A stretch of 64,000 nt of DNA from Dehalococcoidia bacterium (GTDB lineage Bacteria > Chloroflexota > Dehalococcoidia > DSTF01 > WHTK01), in assembly GCA_965247485.1 (NCBI GenBank), contig OZ252017.1, positions 1,018,173 to 1,082,172 of the forward strand, given 5' to 3'. Positions within the stretch are counted from its first letter, which is position 1; each line of letters begins with the position of its first letter. The position numbers and the translations under genes are program-made. The notes below the pieces were generated by a model. The model worked only from the letters and a program-made list of their open reading frames with translations, was not told the DNA's origin and ran no database searches. Shown in pieces: positions 20,079 through 28,001 of the stretch.

Positions 20079-20559
20079 CGCACTGCTCCGCCGTGGTCCA
20101 CGGGCTGAAACTGCGTCCTGCTCGCTCCCAGATATGTCTTGCTGCTCGGGTTGCCCACTCTGCATCGAACGGTCTCCATTCGTTCCACACTCGGACGAAA
20201 TACGCGCCCCAGCCTTCCCATCCTCGATCTGGCCCTCGGTGGATTTGCCAGAGTCCGTGATCGTCGGTGCTGCTGCTGGCGCCGACGTCGCCTCCTGACT
20301 CTCGCCAGACGATGCAGGCCGCGGTACCTCGTGCTTCAGCCGGGAAATGCTCGTCAATAAGCCGCCTAACAGATTCCGGCAGCGGGTAAGGTTCTCCACC
20401 TTGATCGACAGCATCGACTCCAAGCCCTTCACCTCGGCTTGCAACCAGTTCAACTCCAGCTCGGTATCGCTCAAACTCGTCATAGTCACTTCTCGCTTCG
20501 CTCAGCGCCGACGTGATGGCCAGGACCAGCCCGACCAGCAACGCCAGCAAGCTACTCAC
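20071..20559 (-). CDS. membrane-anchored lysozyme-like / transglycosylase-like domain protein
   Basis: 162-aa ORF. It has an N-terminal TM/signal (LLALLVGLVLAITSALS), then AACIVWRESGGD...DHGLWQI...SPWTTAEQCG. This resembles the C-x3-x-E-S-G-G / GL-x-Q / W...C pattern of Rpf/SLT-like domains. It overlaps another 137-codon open frame. Confidence 0.55.
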   Translation of the reverse strand: MSSLLALLVGLVLAITSALSEARSDYDEFERYRAGVELVASRGEGLGVDAVDQGGEPYPLPESVRRLIDEHFPAEARGTAACIVWRESGGDVGASSSTDDHGLWQIHRGPDRGWEGWGAYFVRVWNEWRPFDAEWATRAARHIWERAGRSFSPWTTAEQCGA

Positions 20560-20593
20560 CCGGCTCTAGCCCTTCGCCTCGTCTCGCTGTCGG

Positions 20594-20698
20594 AAAAGAT
20601 CTGTTCCCCCTAGTCGGTAAAAGATTTCTTAGGTTCGGAAACCCCCCTAAAGGGGTTTCCGTCCAAAAAGATTTATTAAAAGATTTCATAGATCTTTT
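20594..20698. repeat. AT-rich iteron-like cluster: AAAAGAT(C/T)T x5 (4 direct, 1 inverted) plus a 9-bp-stem hairpin
   Basis: Copies lie at 20594-20602, 20619-20627, 20666-20674 and 20678-20686, with an inverted copy at 20690-20698. The hairpin is GGAAACCCC(20637-45)/GGGGTTTCC(20652-60). Confidence 0.6.
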
Positions 20699-20711
20699 AG
20701 CCCCCAATGCC

Positions 20712-22094
20712 CTAAATTAGGGTCCATTTGGCCTCATTACCCCTTCCTTGTCCGCCGCCTCCAGAAGCGAAAACCGAGGGGTTGCCATTCAGCTGCCTGA
20801 CGACCTTGCCTCGGTCTATACCTGTCACTTCAACCATCTCCTTGACGGTCGAGTCCGGGTTTGCCCGAAGGTGGGCGACGAGCTGTGTGAGTGGCGAAAG
20901 TTTCCCTTGTAACTCCACGCTCACCTTCGTTGGGTCGATCTGTCGTATCCACGTTGAAGCCAGTGGTCTTACTGAGGGTGCTCCCTGTGCCTCGTCGTCC
21001 GTGAATACCATTTGGAAAGCCAACGGCTGAAAGCGCCTAACGTTGTTTGCCTTGGTGCAGCGCAGTAGGACATCCCGGACGTAATGACCGGACTTGTCCA
21101 TCATTGATTCCGGGCTGGCCTGAAAGTTGACTGTCATACAGGCCTCAGTACGCCAAAGCTGCGAGCCAAAAGGGAAGGCGTCGTTGCCCAGCTTGGTCTC
21201 GTGGGCGATGACCAGCGCCGGCGTGTTTAACCAGGAGACGGAGTTAAAGAACGCGCCCACTGGTTCTGGGGCATTTGCGTCGCCACCAGTTGCAGGTAGG
21301 GCGCTATCGATGATCACACCGTCGGCGCCGCCAGAGGATGCGATCTTCGCCTTGAGTTGGTCAGCGATGTCTACGAAAAGACGACCTCGAGGATCGAAGC
21401 GGCGCAGGTTCGGCGGCACCTCGTAGTTGAGGCCGTTGACGATTCGACTAACCCGAATACTGAATTCGTCAAAGTCATCCTCGTAGTCGACGTAGACCAG
21501 CCCTCGGCTGAGCGTCTTTCCACGCAAGCCGGCAAGGTTGCCGCCATAGCACAACGCCACCGCGCCGCCAATCGCCATCTGGCCCTTACCAGTCTCGCCC
21601 TGCCCATACCAGATTGTTGGGCGCTTACTTGCGGGCCAAAGTGGCTGGATAAGGTAGTTAGGCGTCACCTTGTCCACGTAGGAGGCCTCTTCAAGGTCGC
21701 CTGCTTGGGCTGTGAACTGGTTAACCCGGTGCGCTGCCATCTGGATGATCTGAGTCCAGGGAAGATCCAGCGTCTTGCCTGGATCGAAGTAGGACTGCAG
21801 TTGGCGCCGAAACGTCTCCATTGACGAATTGGAGCGCCACTCCAGGTTCGCGGGACTAAATCCAGTCTGTGGTAACGCGATGGAGCGCCGGTCAGTATCT
21901 TTATCTGCTGGCGTCCAGTCCACCCCGACATGGCTATCGAGCTTGCGTCTCTGTAGGAAGAGCCTTGTGACGTGAAAGATGAAGACGATGTTGCCGGAGT
22001 TCACTGCCACGTCGCAGGCGTCCGGCTCGCCATCAATTGGCCACAGTTGGGTGCGTGCCTCCTCTCCCTTTGCCGCGGCCTCGATCTCGCTCAT
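20712..22094 (-). CDS. RecA-fold AAA_25/RepA-like replication ATPase with a C-terminal winged-helix-like tail
   Basis: 460-aa ORF with Walker A YGQGETGKGQ, Walker B-like GVIIDSALP and VIAHETK. Confidence 0.65.
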   Translation of the reverse strand: MSEIEAAAKGEEARTQLWPIDGEPDACDVAVNSGNIVFIFHVTRLFLQRRKLDSHVGVDWTPADKDTDRRSIALPQTGFSPANLEWRSNSSMETFRRQLQSYFDPGKTLDLPWTQIIQMAAHRVNQFTAQAGDLEEASYVDKVTPNYLIQPLWPASKRPTIWYGQGETGKGQMAIGGAVALCYGGNLAGLRGKTLSRGLVYVDYEDDFDEFSIRVSRIVNGLNYEVPPNLRRFDPRGRLFVDIADQLKAKIASSGGADGVIIDSALPATGGDANAPEPVGAFFNSVSWLNTPALVIAHETKLGNDAFPFGSQLWRTEACMTVNFQASPESMMDKSGHYVRDVLLRCTKANNVRRFQPLAFQMVFTDDEAQGAPSVRPLASTWIRQIDPTKVSVELQGKLSPLTQLVAHLRANPDSTVKEMVEVTGIDRGKVVRQLNGNPSVFASGGGGQGRGNEAKWTLI

Positions 22095-22660
22095 CGACCA
22101 GCACGATCCTTTACTGAGTACCAGTCGATGTCTGCCTCGATGTCTGCCTCATTGATGAATTTTCTGGCCCGGTCCCTTGTCGCGGCCTCCCGAAAACGAA
22201 CAAAAATGGCGTCGACCGCGCTCTCAGTGACAGCAAATGGGGACTCATAGTTGTTGGCTCGGGCGGCGGCTATCTCCGCGTCCTGGAGCCTGTAAGCCGT
22301 TACGATGGCCTCGAGTAACCTGCAGGCGTACTCTTCTACGGCCATCCATGGGACCCAGAGATCATCAAGAAACGCGTCCCAGGACTCGACGCTTGCTTTG
22401 TCTGGATCTGCCGCCGCTAGTGCCGCTGCGAACCACTCCTGATTAGCCTCAGAGTCGTAGCCACCACGGGCAAGGCGCCCCGCCAGGGCGAAGAAAACAA
22501 CTCGAATTTCGCCAGTGCAAGACCTCATGCAGTCGGCGGGTAGGGTCTCAAGGCTGAGTTGAAGGAGCCTCTTGTCGGTTAAGCAGCGCCCGGTGAGAAC
22601 GCTTTCGGCGCCGGCGAGGTCAATATCCGTGAAAGAGAAGCTGTGGGCGTTGTCGCTCAC
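22091..22660 (-). CDS. hypothetical phage early protein
   Basis: GTG 22660 overlaps the upstream stop (GTGA). The 3' end overlaps the ATPase gene start (ATGA). Confidence 0.45.
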   Translation of the reverse strand: MSDNAHSFSFTDIDLAGAESVLTGRCLTDKRLLQLSLETLPADCMRSCTGEIRVVFFALAGRLARGGYDSEANQEWFAAALAAADPDKASVESWDAFLDDLWVPWMAVEEYACRLLEAIVTAYRLQDAEIAAARANNYESPFAVTESAVDAIFVRFREAATRDRARKFINEADIEADIDWYSVKDRAGR

Positions 22661-23007
22661 TGCCCGCCTCCGGGTAGGTCGAGCCAAACGCCTGACGGCA
22701 AGATCACAAGCCAGCGGGTCTCCGGGGGGCGACCCTTAATTCGCCATGCCACGCCGTAGGGCCGGTCATCGCTGGCAGCGTTGGTCGCCGCCTGAGCCAC
22801 TGCGGCCTCGATAAGCGAGAGGTTGGCTTTGGCGACGGCTTTGACTTCCCAATACATGCCGTCCGGTCCTTCAACGTCGGCACCGTTGAGGCGGCCGATG
22901 TTGCGACCGCCGATCAGCTTTGCCCACTCGCTCTGGGCAGCGTTGCCGTCTCGGCGCGACTTCTTGCCACGCTTCTGTTGGGCCGAAGGCATAACAGCGG
23001 TCGTCAC
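22657..23007 (-). CDS. small PD-(D/E)XK-like nuclease (Holliday-junction-resolvase-like), tentative
   Basis: 116-aa ORF. ...GRLNGADVEGPDGMYWEVKAV... fits a D-x(n)-E-x-K nuclease core. It is translationally coupled on both sides. Confidence 0.4.
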   Translation of the reverse strand: MTTAVMPSAQQKRGKKSRRDGNAAQSEWAKLIGGRNIGRLNGADVEGPDGMYWEVKAVAKANLSLIEAAVAQAATNAASDDRPYGVAWRIKGRPPETRWLVILPSGVWLDLPGGGQ

Positions 23008-23291
23008 GAGTGAAGCCTTGTTAGCGCTTCACGCTGCTCTTGGCTCTGCCATACCTGCCAGATCGCCACAGGAGAGTTGACGCGGACACTAGGGCCCTGC
23101 AAGCGGCAAAACCCTGTATCAGTCCACACCTGCAGCGCCGGGTGCTGTTCGCTGTTGCGGTCGGTTGCCGTTACGTCCGCCGGGTCGCAACACTCGCCGT
23201 CCTGACGGTGCAAGTCAAACGCACCGAGGCCGTGAAAATGGCAACCGCAGGAAGCACAGTGGTTCGTGCAGAATGGGCGGGTGAGGGTCAT
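23004..23291 (-). CDS. FDXHR-type putative zinc-binding protein
   Basis: 95-aa Cys/His-rich ORF with CASCGCHFHGLGAFDLHR. This contains the F-D-x-H-R motif I associate with that family name. Confidence 0.5.
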   Translation of the reverse strand: MTLTRPFCTNHCASCGCHFHGLGAFDLHRQDGECCDPADVTATDRNSEQHPALQVWTDTGFCRLQGPSVRVNSPVAIWQVWQSQEQREALTRLHS

Positions 23292-24199
23292 GGCGTGTCC
23301 TCAAACTGCCCTGCAAGTAGGCGCCTCTTGTACCATTCCGGTAACCCAGCACTGGCGCCGCGCAGTATTTTGTCTTTAGCCCACTTGTAGAGGGCGTTCT
23401 TTATCTCGTCCTCGCACTCTTTTTCGGTGTCCTCTTTGACAGCCGACATCAGCTTGCCGATGTCCCGCACGTCGTCCTCGATCTGCCCTGCTTCGCGCAG
23501 ATGCTGGACTGACTTTTCCCACCTGGCTTCTGTTCTAAGGCTCAGGATTAGGGACTGCACCACGTCGGCGCCTTGCGGGTTGGACTTCTTCCACTCTCTT
23601 TCGTGAATCTCTTTGAAACGCTCCGAGACGAACTTGCCCATGAGGCGCTTTTTATCTTGGCCAAACATGGTGAAGCTCTTAATGACGACTCCCTCCACCG
23701 TGGTTCCGCCGAGTAGTGAGTCATTCTTGAGGAGCGCGAGTAGTTCGTCAGCGCCGCCAGTCCATATGCCTTCGAAGAAACTCGGGGTGACATCGAAACC
23801 CAGCCTGTCAGCCTCGATTGCAACGTCCTCGTAGTCCAAGGGTGATTCTTCGGCGGCGTCCACATCGAACAGAACTAGGTGGTTCCGTGGGATACGGTCG
23901 TATTTCAAGGAGTTGTGCTTAGGTTTGGAAAGGAATTCCGCTCGGTAGGTGTATCCGTCAACCAAACCGAGAGCTACAGCCTGAACGCTTTCGACCGCTG
24001 CTTTGAACATCCGCTCGGGTGCGTCCGTGACTAGTTGCGCTCCTTTAGACCGCACACGTAGCTCGCCGTCGAAAACACCAAAACTGAACTGTGATCCGTC
24101 CACCTTTTCCTGAATGATCACTGGCTCGGTGAACAAGCCATCCACGGCATGGTGGCCGAGGTTATAAATGGACGGGTATGAATGCCAACTGTCAGGCAA
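23288..24199 (-). CDS. ATP-dependent RNA ligase-family nucleotidyltransferase
   Basis: 303-aa ORF. The N-terminus reads YPSIYNLGHHAVDGLFTEPVIIQEKVDGSQFSFGV, with the KxDG adenylylation motif in the context typical of the RNA_ligase family. Confidence 0.7.
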   Translation of the reverse strand: MPDSWHSYPSIYNLGHHAVDGLFTEPVIIQEKVDGSQFSFGVFDGELRVRSKGAQLVTDAPERMFKAAVESVQAVALGLVDGYTYRAEFLSKPKHNSLKYDRIPRNHLVLFDVDAAEESPLDYEDVAIEADRLGFDVTPSFFEGIWTGGADELLALLKNDSLLGGTTVEGVVIKSFTMFGQDKKRLMGKFVSERFKEIHEREWKKSNPQGADVVQSLILSLRTEARWEKSVQHLREAGQIEDDVRDIGKLMSAVKEDTEKECEDEIKNALYKWAKDKILRGASAGLPEWYKRRLLAGQFEDTP

Positions 24200-24327
24200 G
24201 GCGGGGACTCCTTTCCTTCAACGTTCTTTGTTTACTTCGTCGATGCTTGGCCCCGAGTTGTCGAGCCCTCGGGGCCAAGCAGCGACGCCCCGGCAGACGA
24301 GGGGGCGCCAAGCCGGGGCGGTTACGC

Positions 24328-24945
24328 CTATGGTGTTGCCGCGGCCTTCTCCTTCAACTCGTCCAACACGGCTTGAGCCGCTGGTCCATCCATTTCCATG
24401 AGCGTGTCGATGTCGCCGCCAACGTGATCGGTGACGATTGAGCGGTTGAGACCGGCCTTGTTAACCTCTCGCCAGAAGACATCTGAGTCCCACGAGCCGT
24501 CAGCCTTGATAACCGAGACCTCTTTAGGGGCGCTGCCACCATTGCCCCTGCTGCCCTTGGGCATAGGCACGATCTTGTCTACGCGGCTAAACGTGCCGCC
24601 GCCCTCTTTCTCTGAAGCCTTGTTGATCACAACTGCCTGGGCTTGTTTGCCGATGAGGCAGTCGGTATCGAAGTCATCACCCAAAACCGGCGTGCAGCCG
24701 AACGCCTCAGCCCACTCCCACAACTTGCTGGAAGGTGTGAGTTTGAAGTTGGCAATCGCGTCAAGCCGGACCGGGTTCTCGTTGTTGTCAAGCTCAGAGG
24801 CAATCTCAAGGTCTAAGCGGATCACGTGCCCGTCTCCGAACTTCGAGTTGTCCAGCTTGTCCTCTTTCGCATCGAAGCAGGTCACCGCGTAGATGCCCGG
24901 CTCGATCTTGACTCCCTCGCCCTCGGTCGCTTTTAGTACTGGCAT
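24328..24945 (-). CDS. hypothetical phage early protein (DUF669-like, tentative)
   Basis: The start at ATG 24945 (MPVLKATEGEGVKIEPGIYAVTCF...) lies behind a GAAAAGGAAAAGGAA RBS-like tract. The longest ORF begins at 24978. Confidence 0.45.
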   Translation of the reverse strand: MPVLKATEGEGVKIEPGIYAVTCFDAKEDKLDNSKFGDGHVIRLDLEIASELDNNENPVRLDAIANFKLTPSSKLWEWAEAFGCTPVLGDDFDTDCLIGKQAQAVVINKASEKEGGGTFSRVDKIVPMPKGSRGNGGSAPKEVSVIKADGSWDSDVFWREVNKAGLNRSIVTDHVGGDIDTLMEMDGPAAQAVLDELKEKAAATP

Positions 24946-24999
24946 TTCCTTTTCCTTTTCTCTGGCGCTGTGGCCCATTACTTCCCGGCGCTGTGGCCG

Positions 25000-25425
25000 T
25001 TAGCCGCGTTGTATTACTTGCAGGGCCAAAGTCTCCGGTCGCGGAGATGCGTATCTCTCGACGCCACTCACCTGTATTCCCTGGGCTTTTACTGATGCCG
25101 CATCGACCCTCAGGCAACCCGTCTTGAGCAAGCGCTCAAAGAGCACCGGGTCCTTTTCGTGGATGCTGATCAGGTCGTATTCAGGCGGTCCGCGCTTGGT
25201 CTGCATGAACGCCTCGATGCCGTGCTCGCCATCAGTGAGACGCTGATCGGGGTGGAGCCGGAACCACTCTTTGAGCCGGTCGCTCCATTCTTTGATTGAG
25301 GTCTCGAAACCGGTTTTGACGTTGCGGGTCTCTACAAAAGGCTTGAGAAGCGCCTCTAGTTCCTCGGCCTCTGCTGCCTCACCGCGCTCGACGTCGGCGC
25401 CGAGCTCTGCTAGTTCGTTGGTCAT
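25000..25425 (-). CDS. hypothetical phage early protein
   Basis: 141-aa ORF with an acidic coiled-coil-like N-terminus. An ATGA overlap links it to the upstream ORF. Confidence 0.45.
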   Translation of the reverse strand: MTNELAELGADVERGEAAEAEELEALLKPFVETRNVKTGFETSIKEWSDRLKEWFRLHPDQRLTDGEHGIEAFMQTKRGPPEYDLISIHEKDPVLFERLLKTGCLRVDAASVKAQGIQVSGVERYASPRPETLALQVIQRG

Positions 25426-25676
25426 AGCGGTTCCTCCAGAAAGGCGTCGATACGCTCCTTCATAACCTCGATGTGCTTAAGCGGCACGGAGACGCTTAGG
25501 TCTTCGTGGCCGCGGGCAATCTCAACCTCAACCCCAAGCCGCTTGGAAACGTAAGTCAGCCAGGACTCGGCTCGCGCTAGTCGGAGCTGGACCTCGTCAT
25601 AGCTCAACTCCTGCAAGGCTCGATAGCGCTGCTTGCAAGCCACAACAGACGCGGATTCGGTGGCCGCTGTGGTCAT
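25422..25676 (-). CDS. hypothetical phage early protein
   Basis: 84-aa ORF that is translationally coupled on both sides. Confidence 0.45.
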   Translation of the reverse strand: MTTAATESASVVACKQRYRALQELSYDEVQLRLARAESWLTYVSKRLGVEVEIARGHEDLSVSVPLKHIEVMKERIDAFLEEPL

Positions 25677-25750
25677 AGCGAGGCCTCAATCGCAAGGACT
25701 ACCAGGAGGGCGCCTGCGACCACGGCCACGATGCTGGCTACGAGGATCAT
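25673..25750 (-). CDS. 25-aa hydrophobic peptide (first ORF of the leftward early operon), tentative
   Basis: MILVASIVAVVAGALLVVLAIEASL is not in the ORF track because it is shorter than 60 aa. Its stop overlaps the next ATG (TATGA). Confidence 0.3.
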   Translation of the reverse strand: MILVASIVAVVAGALLVVLAIEASL

Positions 25751-25806
25751 GACCTTACCTTCAAGGCATAGGGTTGTGATAAACTGACCCTTGAAAGGAG
25801 GCGCTT

Positions 25807-25956
25807 ATGGCTGTAATCAAGATCAGGGGTTTCCGATGCGAGAGATGCAATTGGCAATGGGCACCAAGATACGTTGACTCTCCCGAGCCAACGCTTTGCC
25901 CAAAGTGCAAGTCGCCGTACTGGAACCGGCCCAAAAAGGCGTCCAAAACCAAATAG
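25807..25956 (+). CDS. small zinc-ribbon protein
   Basis: 49 aa: MAVIKIRGFRCERCNWQWAPRYVDSPEPTLCPKCKSPYWNRPKKASKTK (CxxC...CxxC). An AAAGGAGG RBS lies 6 nt upstream. It is not in the track because it is shorter than 60 aa. Confidence 0.5.
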   Translation: MAVIKIRGFRCERCNWQWAPRYVDSPEPTLCPKCKSPYWNRPKKASKTK

Positions 25957-26024
25957 AGCAAAGCGGGGGTGGTGACCGCCACGACAGCAATCAAGTCGGC
26001 CACTCACCCCAGGAAGGAAGAAAC

Positions 26025-26312
26025 ATGACAGGAAGTAGCCTCGAGAAACTTCTTCAGGTTTACCGTGACGTAGAGAAGGTTGCTGAGCGGTTAGATTTTG
26101 GCCAATTGAGACGTGCCGCCCGAGATGCACAGACGAAACTGCCGCAGTCGCTGAAGGAGTCACCGTCCGAAGAGTCAGTTCTGCTCCTAAGAGACCAGAG
26201 AGCAGACGAATTGGCGGCTCGTGTGAATCGGCTTGAGGAGGAGCATGAATGGCTGATTCAACAACTCGGAATCGAGGGCATTGAGCCGCCTGAGGACGAG
26301 AGTAGCGATTAG
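26025..26312 (+). CDS. hypothetical coiled-coil protein
   Basis: ATG 26025 lies behind GGAAGGAAG, and the product is 95 aa (MTGSSLEKLLQVYRDVEK...). The track ORF starts earlier, at 25896. Confidence 0.4.
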   Translation: MTGSSLEKLLQVYRDVEKVAERLDFGQLRRAARDAQTKLPQSLKESPSEESVLLLRDQRADELAARVNRLEEEHEWLIQQLGIEGIEPPEDESSD

Positions 26313-26533
26313 CTGTCACTGTTAAGGGTCTCCAGGATGTCTTGGAGTTGCCGGCTGAGGTGAGCTCGCTCTTTACTGGTCATTTCATTGCTGTGAATGC
26401 GGCGCCGAGCCTGATCGAAGGTAGTGACGACTACTCTCATTCCCTTAAGAATCTCTTCCACCTCGGGGAGACGTTTAAGGAACTGACTTTCAACCTCACT
26501 CATGAGGAGCTCCAGGTCCGGCGGCGCGCTCAC
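26309..26533 (-). CDS. hypothetical phage protein
   Basis: 74-aa ORF, coupled (ATGA-type overlap) to 26530..26784. Confidence 0.4.
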   Translation of the reverse strand: MSAPPDLELLMSEVESQFLKRLPEVEEILKGMRVVVTTFDQARRRIHSNEMTSKERAHLSRQLQDILETLNSDS

Positions 26534-26784
26534 GCCAGCACCTCGGTTTCAAAGCACTCGACGATCAACCGGAGCGCCTCGTTGTCGCCGATGGGCCGGT
26601 GGTCGTGCCAGTACTCGTACTCGTCGCCAGCCAGCAGGTGAGCCACGCGTATGCCGGGGCCGTCGTCCAGACCAATCCAGGCGTCGTGGTAGACGCTGTC
26701 TTTGGCCTCTTGCTGAGCGGTCGCCAGAACGTCCTCTGCCGCCTTCTGGGTGTTAACTAGTCTTTGCATCTGTGGTATCCTCAC
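26530..26784 (-). CDS. hypothetical phage protein
   Basis: 84-aa ORF with a GAGGATACCACAG RBS-like tract upstream. Confidence 0.4.
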   Translation of the reverse strand: MRIPQMQRLVNTQKAAEDVLATAQQEAKDSVYHDAWIGLDDGPGIRVAHLLAGDEYEYWHDHRPIGDNEALRLIVECFETEVLA

Positions 26785-27003
26785 AAAAGAACTTCATGGT
26801 CGTGGTTCGTTTGAGGCCCCCTAAACCGGGGCCTTTTGCATTTCTAGTCGCTCAACCACCTCGCCTTCTTTTGTGGTAATCTCGGCCTCCCCGTGGTCGT
26901 GAAGGTCACGCTCTAGGTGCCTGTTGTTGCGATCGATGGCGGAAACTGCGTAGTGGGTTCATGCCTCAACCTCCTGAGCATGTAGGGGCCAGCAGAGGCC
27001 GCG

Positions 27004-27249
27004 TCATGGCTTGACTTGCTCCCGCTCAGGGGACGAAACTGCAAGTTCCCCGCTAACCCCGTCGAACAGCTCGTCCTCAGGACGACCGAGGATGCGTGCC
27101 ACCGTACGCCTGAAACGGGGACGTATAGGTTGGCGCCCAGAAACGAGCTCTTCCAGGTAGCTCCCCTCGTATGGGATCAGCCTGGTGAGCTGGGCTACGG
27201 TGTACTCCTCAAAGAGAGGTGCTCCAGGCTTTGAGTGCTTCAAGTCCAA
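27004..27249 (-). CDS. Cro-like HTH protein (leftward arm of the lysis/lysogeny switch), tentative
   Basis: 81-aa ORF with YTVAQLTRLIPYEGSYLEELVSGRQPIRPRFRRTVARILG, which is HTH-like. It is divergent from the CI-like ORF. Confidence 0.45.
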   Translation of the reverse strand: MDLKHSKPGAPLFEEYTVAQLTRLIPYEGSYLEELVSGRQPIRPRFRRTVARILGRPEDELFDGVSGELAVSSPEREQVKP

Positions 27250-27338
27250 CCCCTAGCGTCAGAAGTTCTGTTGTTTCTAGGGGTAAGTTACAACGCAAAG
27301 CGGGGGAAGTCAACACCTTTAGGGCCGAATATCAGAAG

Positions 27339-27701
27339 ATGTGGAACATGGGTCAATCGCTGTTGGCTGAATGGATTGAGAGCCAGATCGGACGGGATGG
27401 CCGCTTCCGCAGCGCAAGGCAGTGGTCAATTGCGGCAGGGCTAAATCAGAACGCGGTGACAATGGTCATGGAGCGCGGGCGCGGCGACCCCGAGACGTTA
27501 ATCAAGATCGGTACGCCCGCAGGCAAGACGCCCCGCGAGATGTTCGAGTTGGCTGGTTGGCTGGAGGAGGAGGGCGCTACGGGTGATCTGACAGGGGCAG
27601 AGGCGGAGCTTCTGGACCTCTTTCGGCGGACTGAGCCAGCCCTTCAGCGAGTAGCGCTCGCTGGGCTGCGAGCAAGTGTCGAGCCGCCCCGAGGTGACTG
27701 A
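27339..27701 (+). CDS. CI-like HTH repressor, tentative
   Basis: ATG 27339 gives 120 aa reading MWNMGQSLLAEWIESQIGRDGRFRSARQWSIAAGLNQNAVTMVMERGRG (XRE-type HTH). It is divergent from the Cro-like ORF across a ~90-bp region. Confidence 0.5.
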   Translation: MWNMGQSLLAEWIESQIGRDGRFRSARQWSIAAGLNQNAVTMVMERGRGDPETLIKIGTPAGKTPREMFELAGWLEEEGATGDLTGAEAELLDLFRRTEPALQRVALAGLRASVEPPRGD

Positions 27702-28001
27702 TCACAGTTCCCTCGTCCACGGGCAGTACCTCATCCGGTAGATCAATCGTGAGCTTAGCCATTAGCGCCCCCGCCAGCTAATAGTCCACCCGGGTCCTGT
27801 CAGATTAGAACAATTGTCCTAGTATCTCACGAGTAGAGGTGAAGTCAAGGAGACGCCGGCATATGGATGAAGAAGGATTAGGGCGAGTCGGCCAAGGAAA
27901 TCACCGAGCGAGTGGAACCGAGAGAGACGCACCGAACCTTTGCTCGATCCGTACATGCGAAGGGCCGAGGCATGGCGTTCTCGTTGCAACGGGGGTAGGC
28001 A

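Noticed and set aside
19512-20489. Full-length 325-aa version of the ORF downstream of the lysozyme-like gene.
   Set aside because: Its first 137 codons overlap the 162-aa ORF that carries a recognisable domain signature. A GTG at 20078 coupled to that ORF's stop gives a simpler gene model. It is not excluded; see the finding at 20071-20559.
25747-26319. 190-aa minus-strand ORF spanning the two small plus-strand genes.
   Set aside because: Its translation is Pro/Arg/Ser-rich without motifs. The plus-strand ORFs have strong RBSs and a CxxC...CxxC zinc ribbon.
27577-27762. 61-aa minus-strand ORF starting MAKLTIDLPDEVL, which looks like a RHH/VapB-type antitoxin N-terminus.
   Set aside because: 125 nt of its 3' part overlaps the 3' end of the CI-like gene on the opposite strand, and no toxin partner follows. 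The similarity is limited to about 12 residues.
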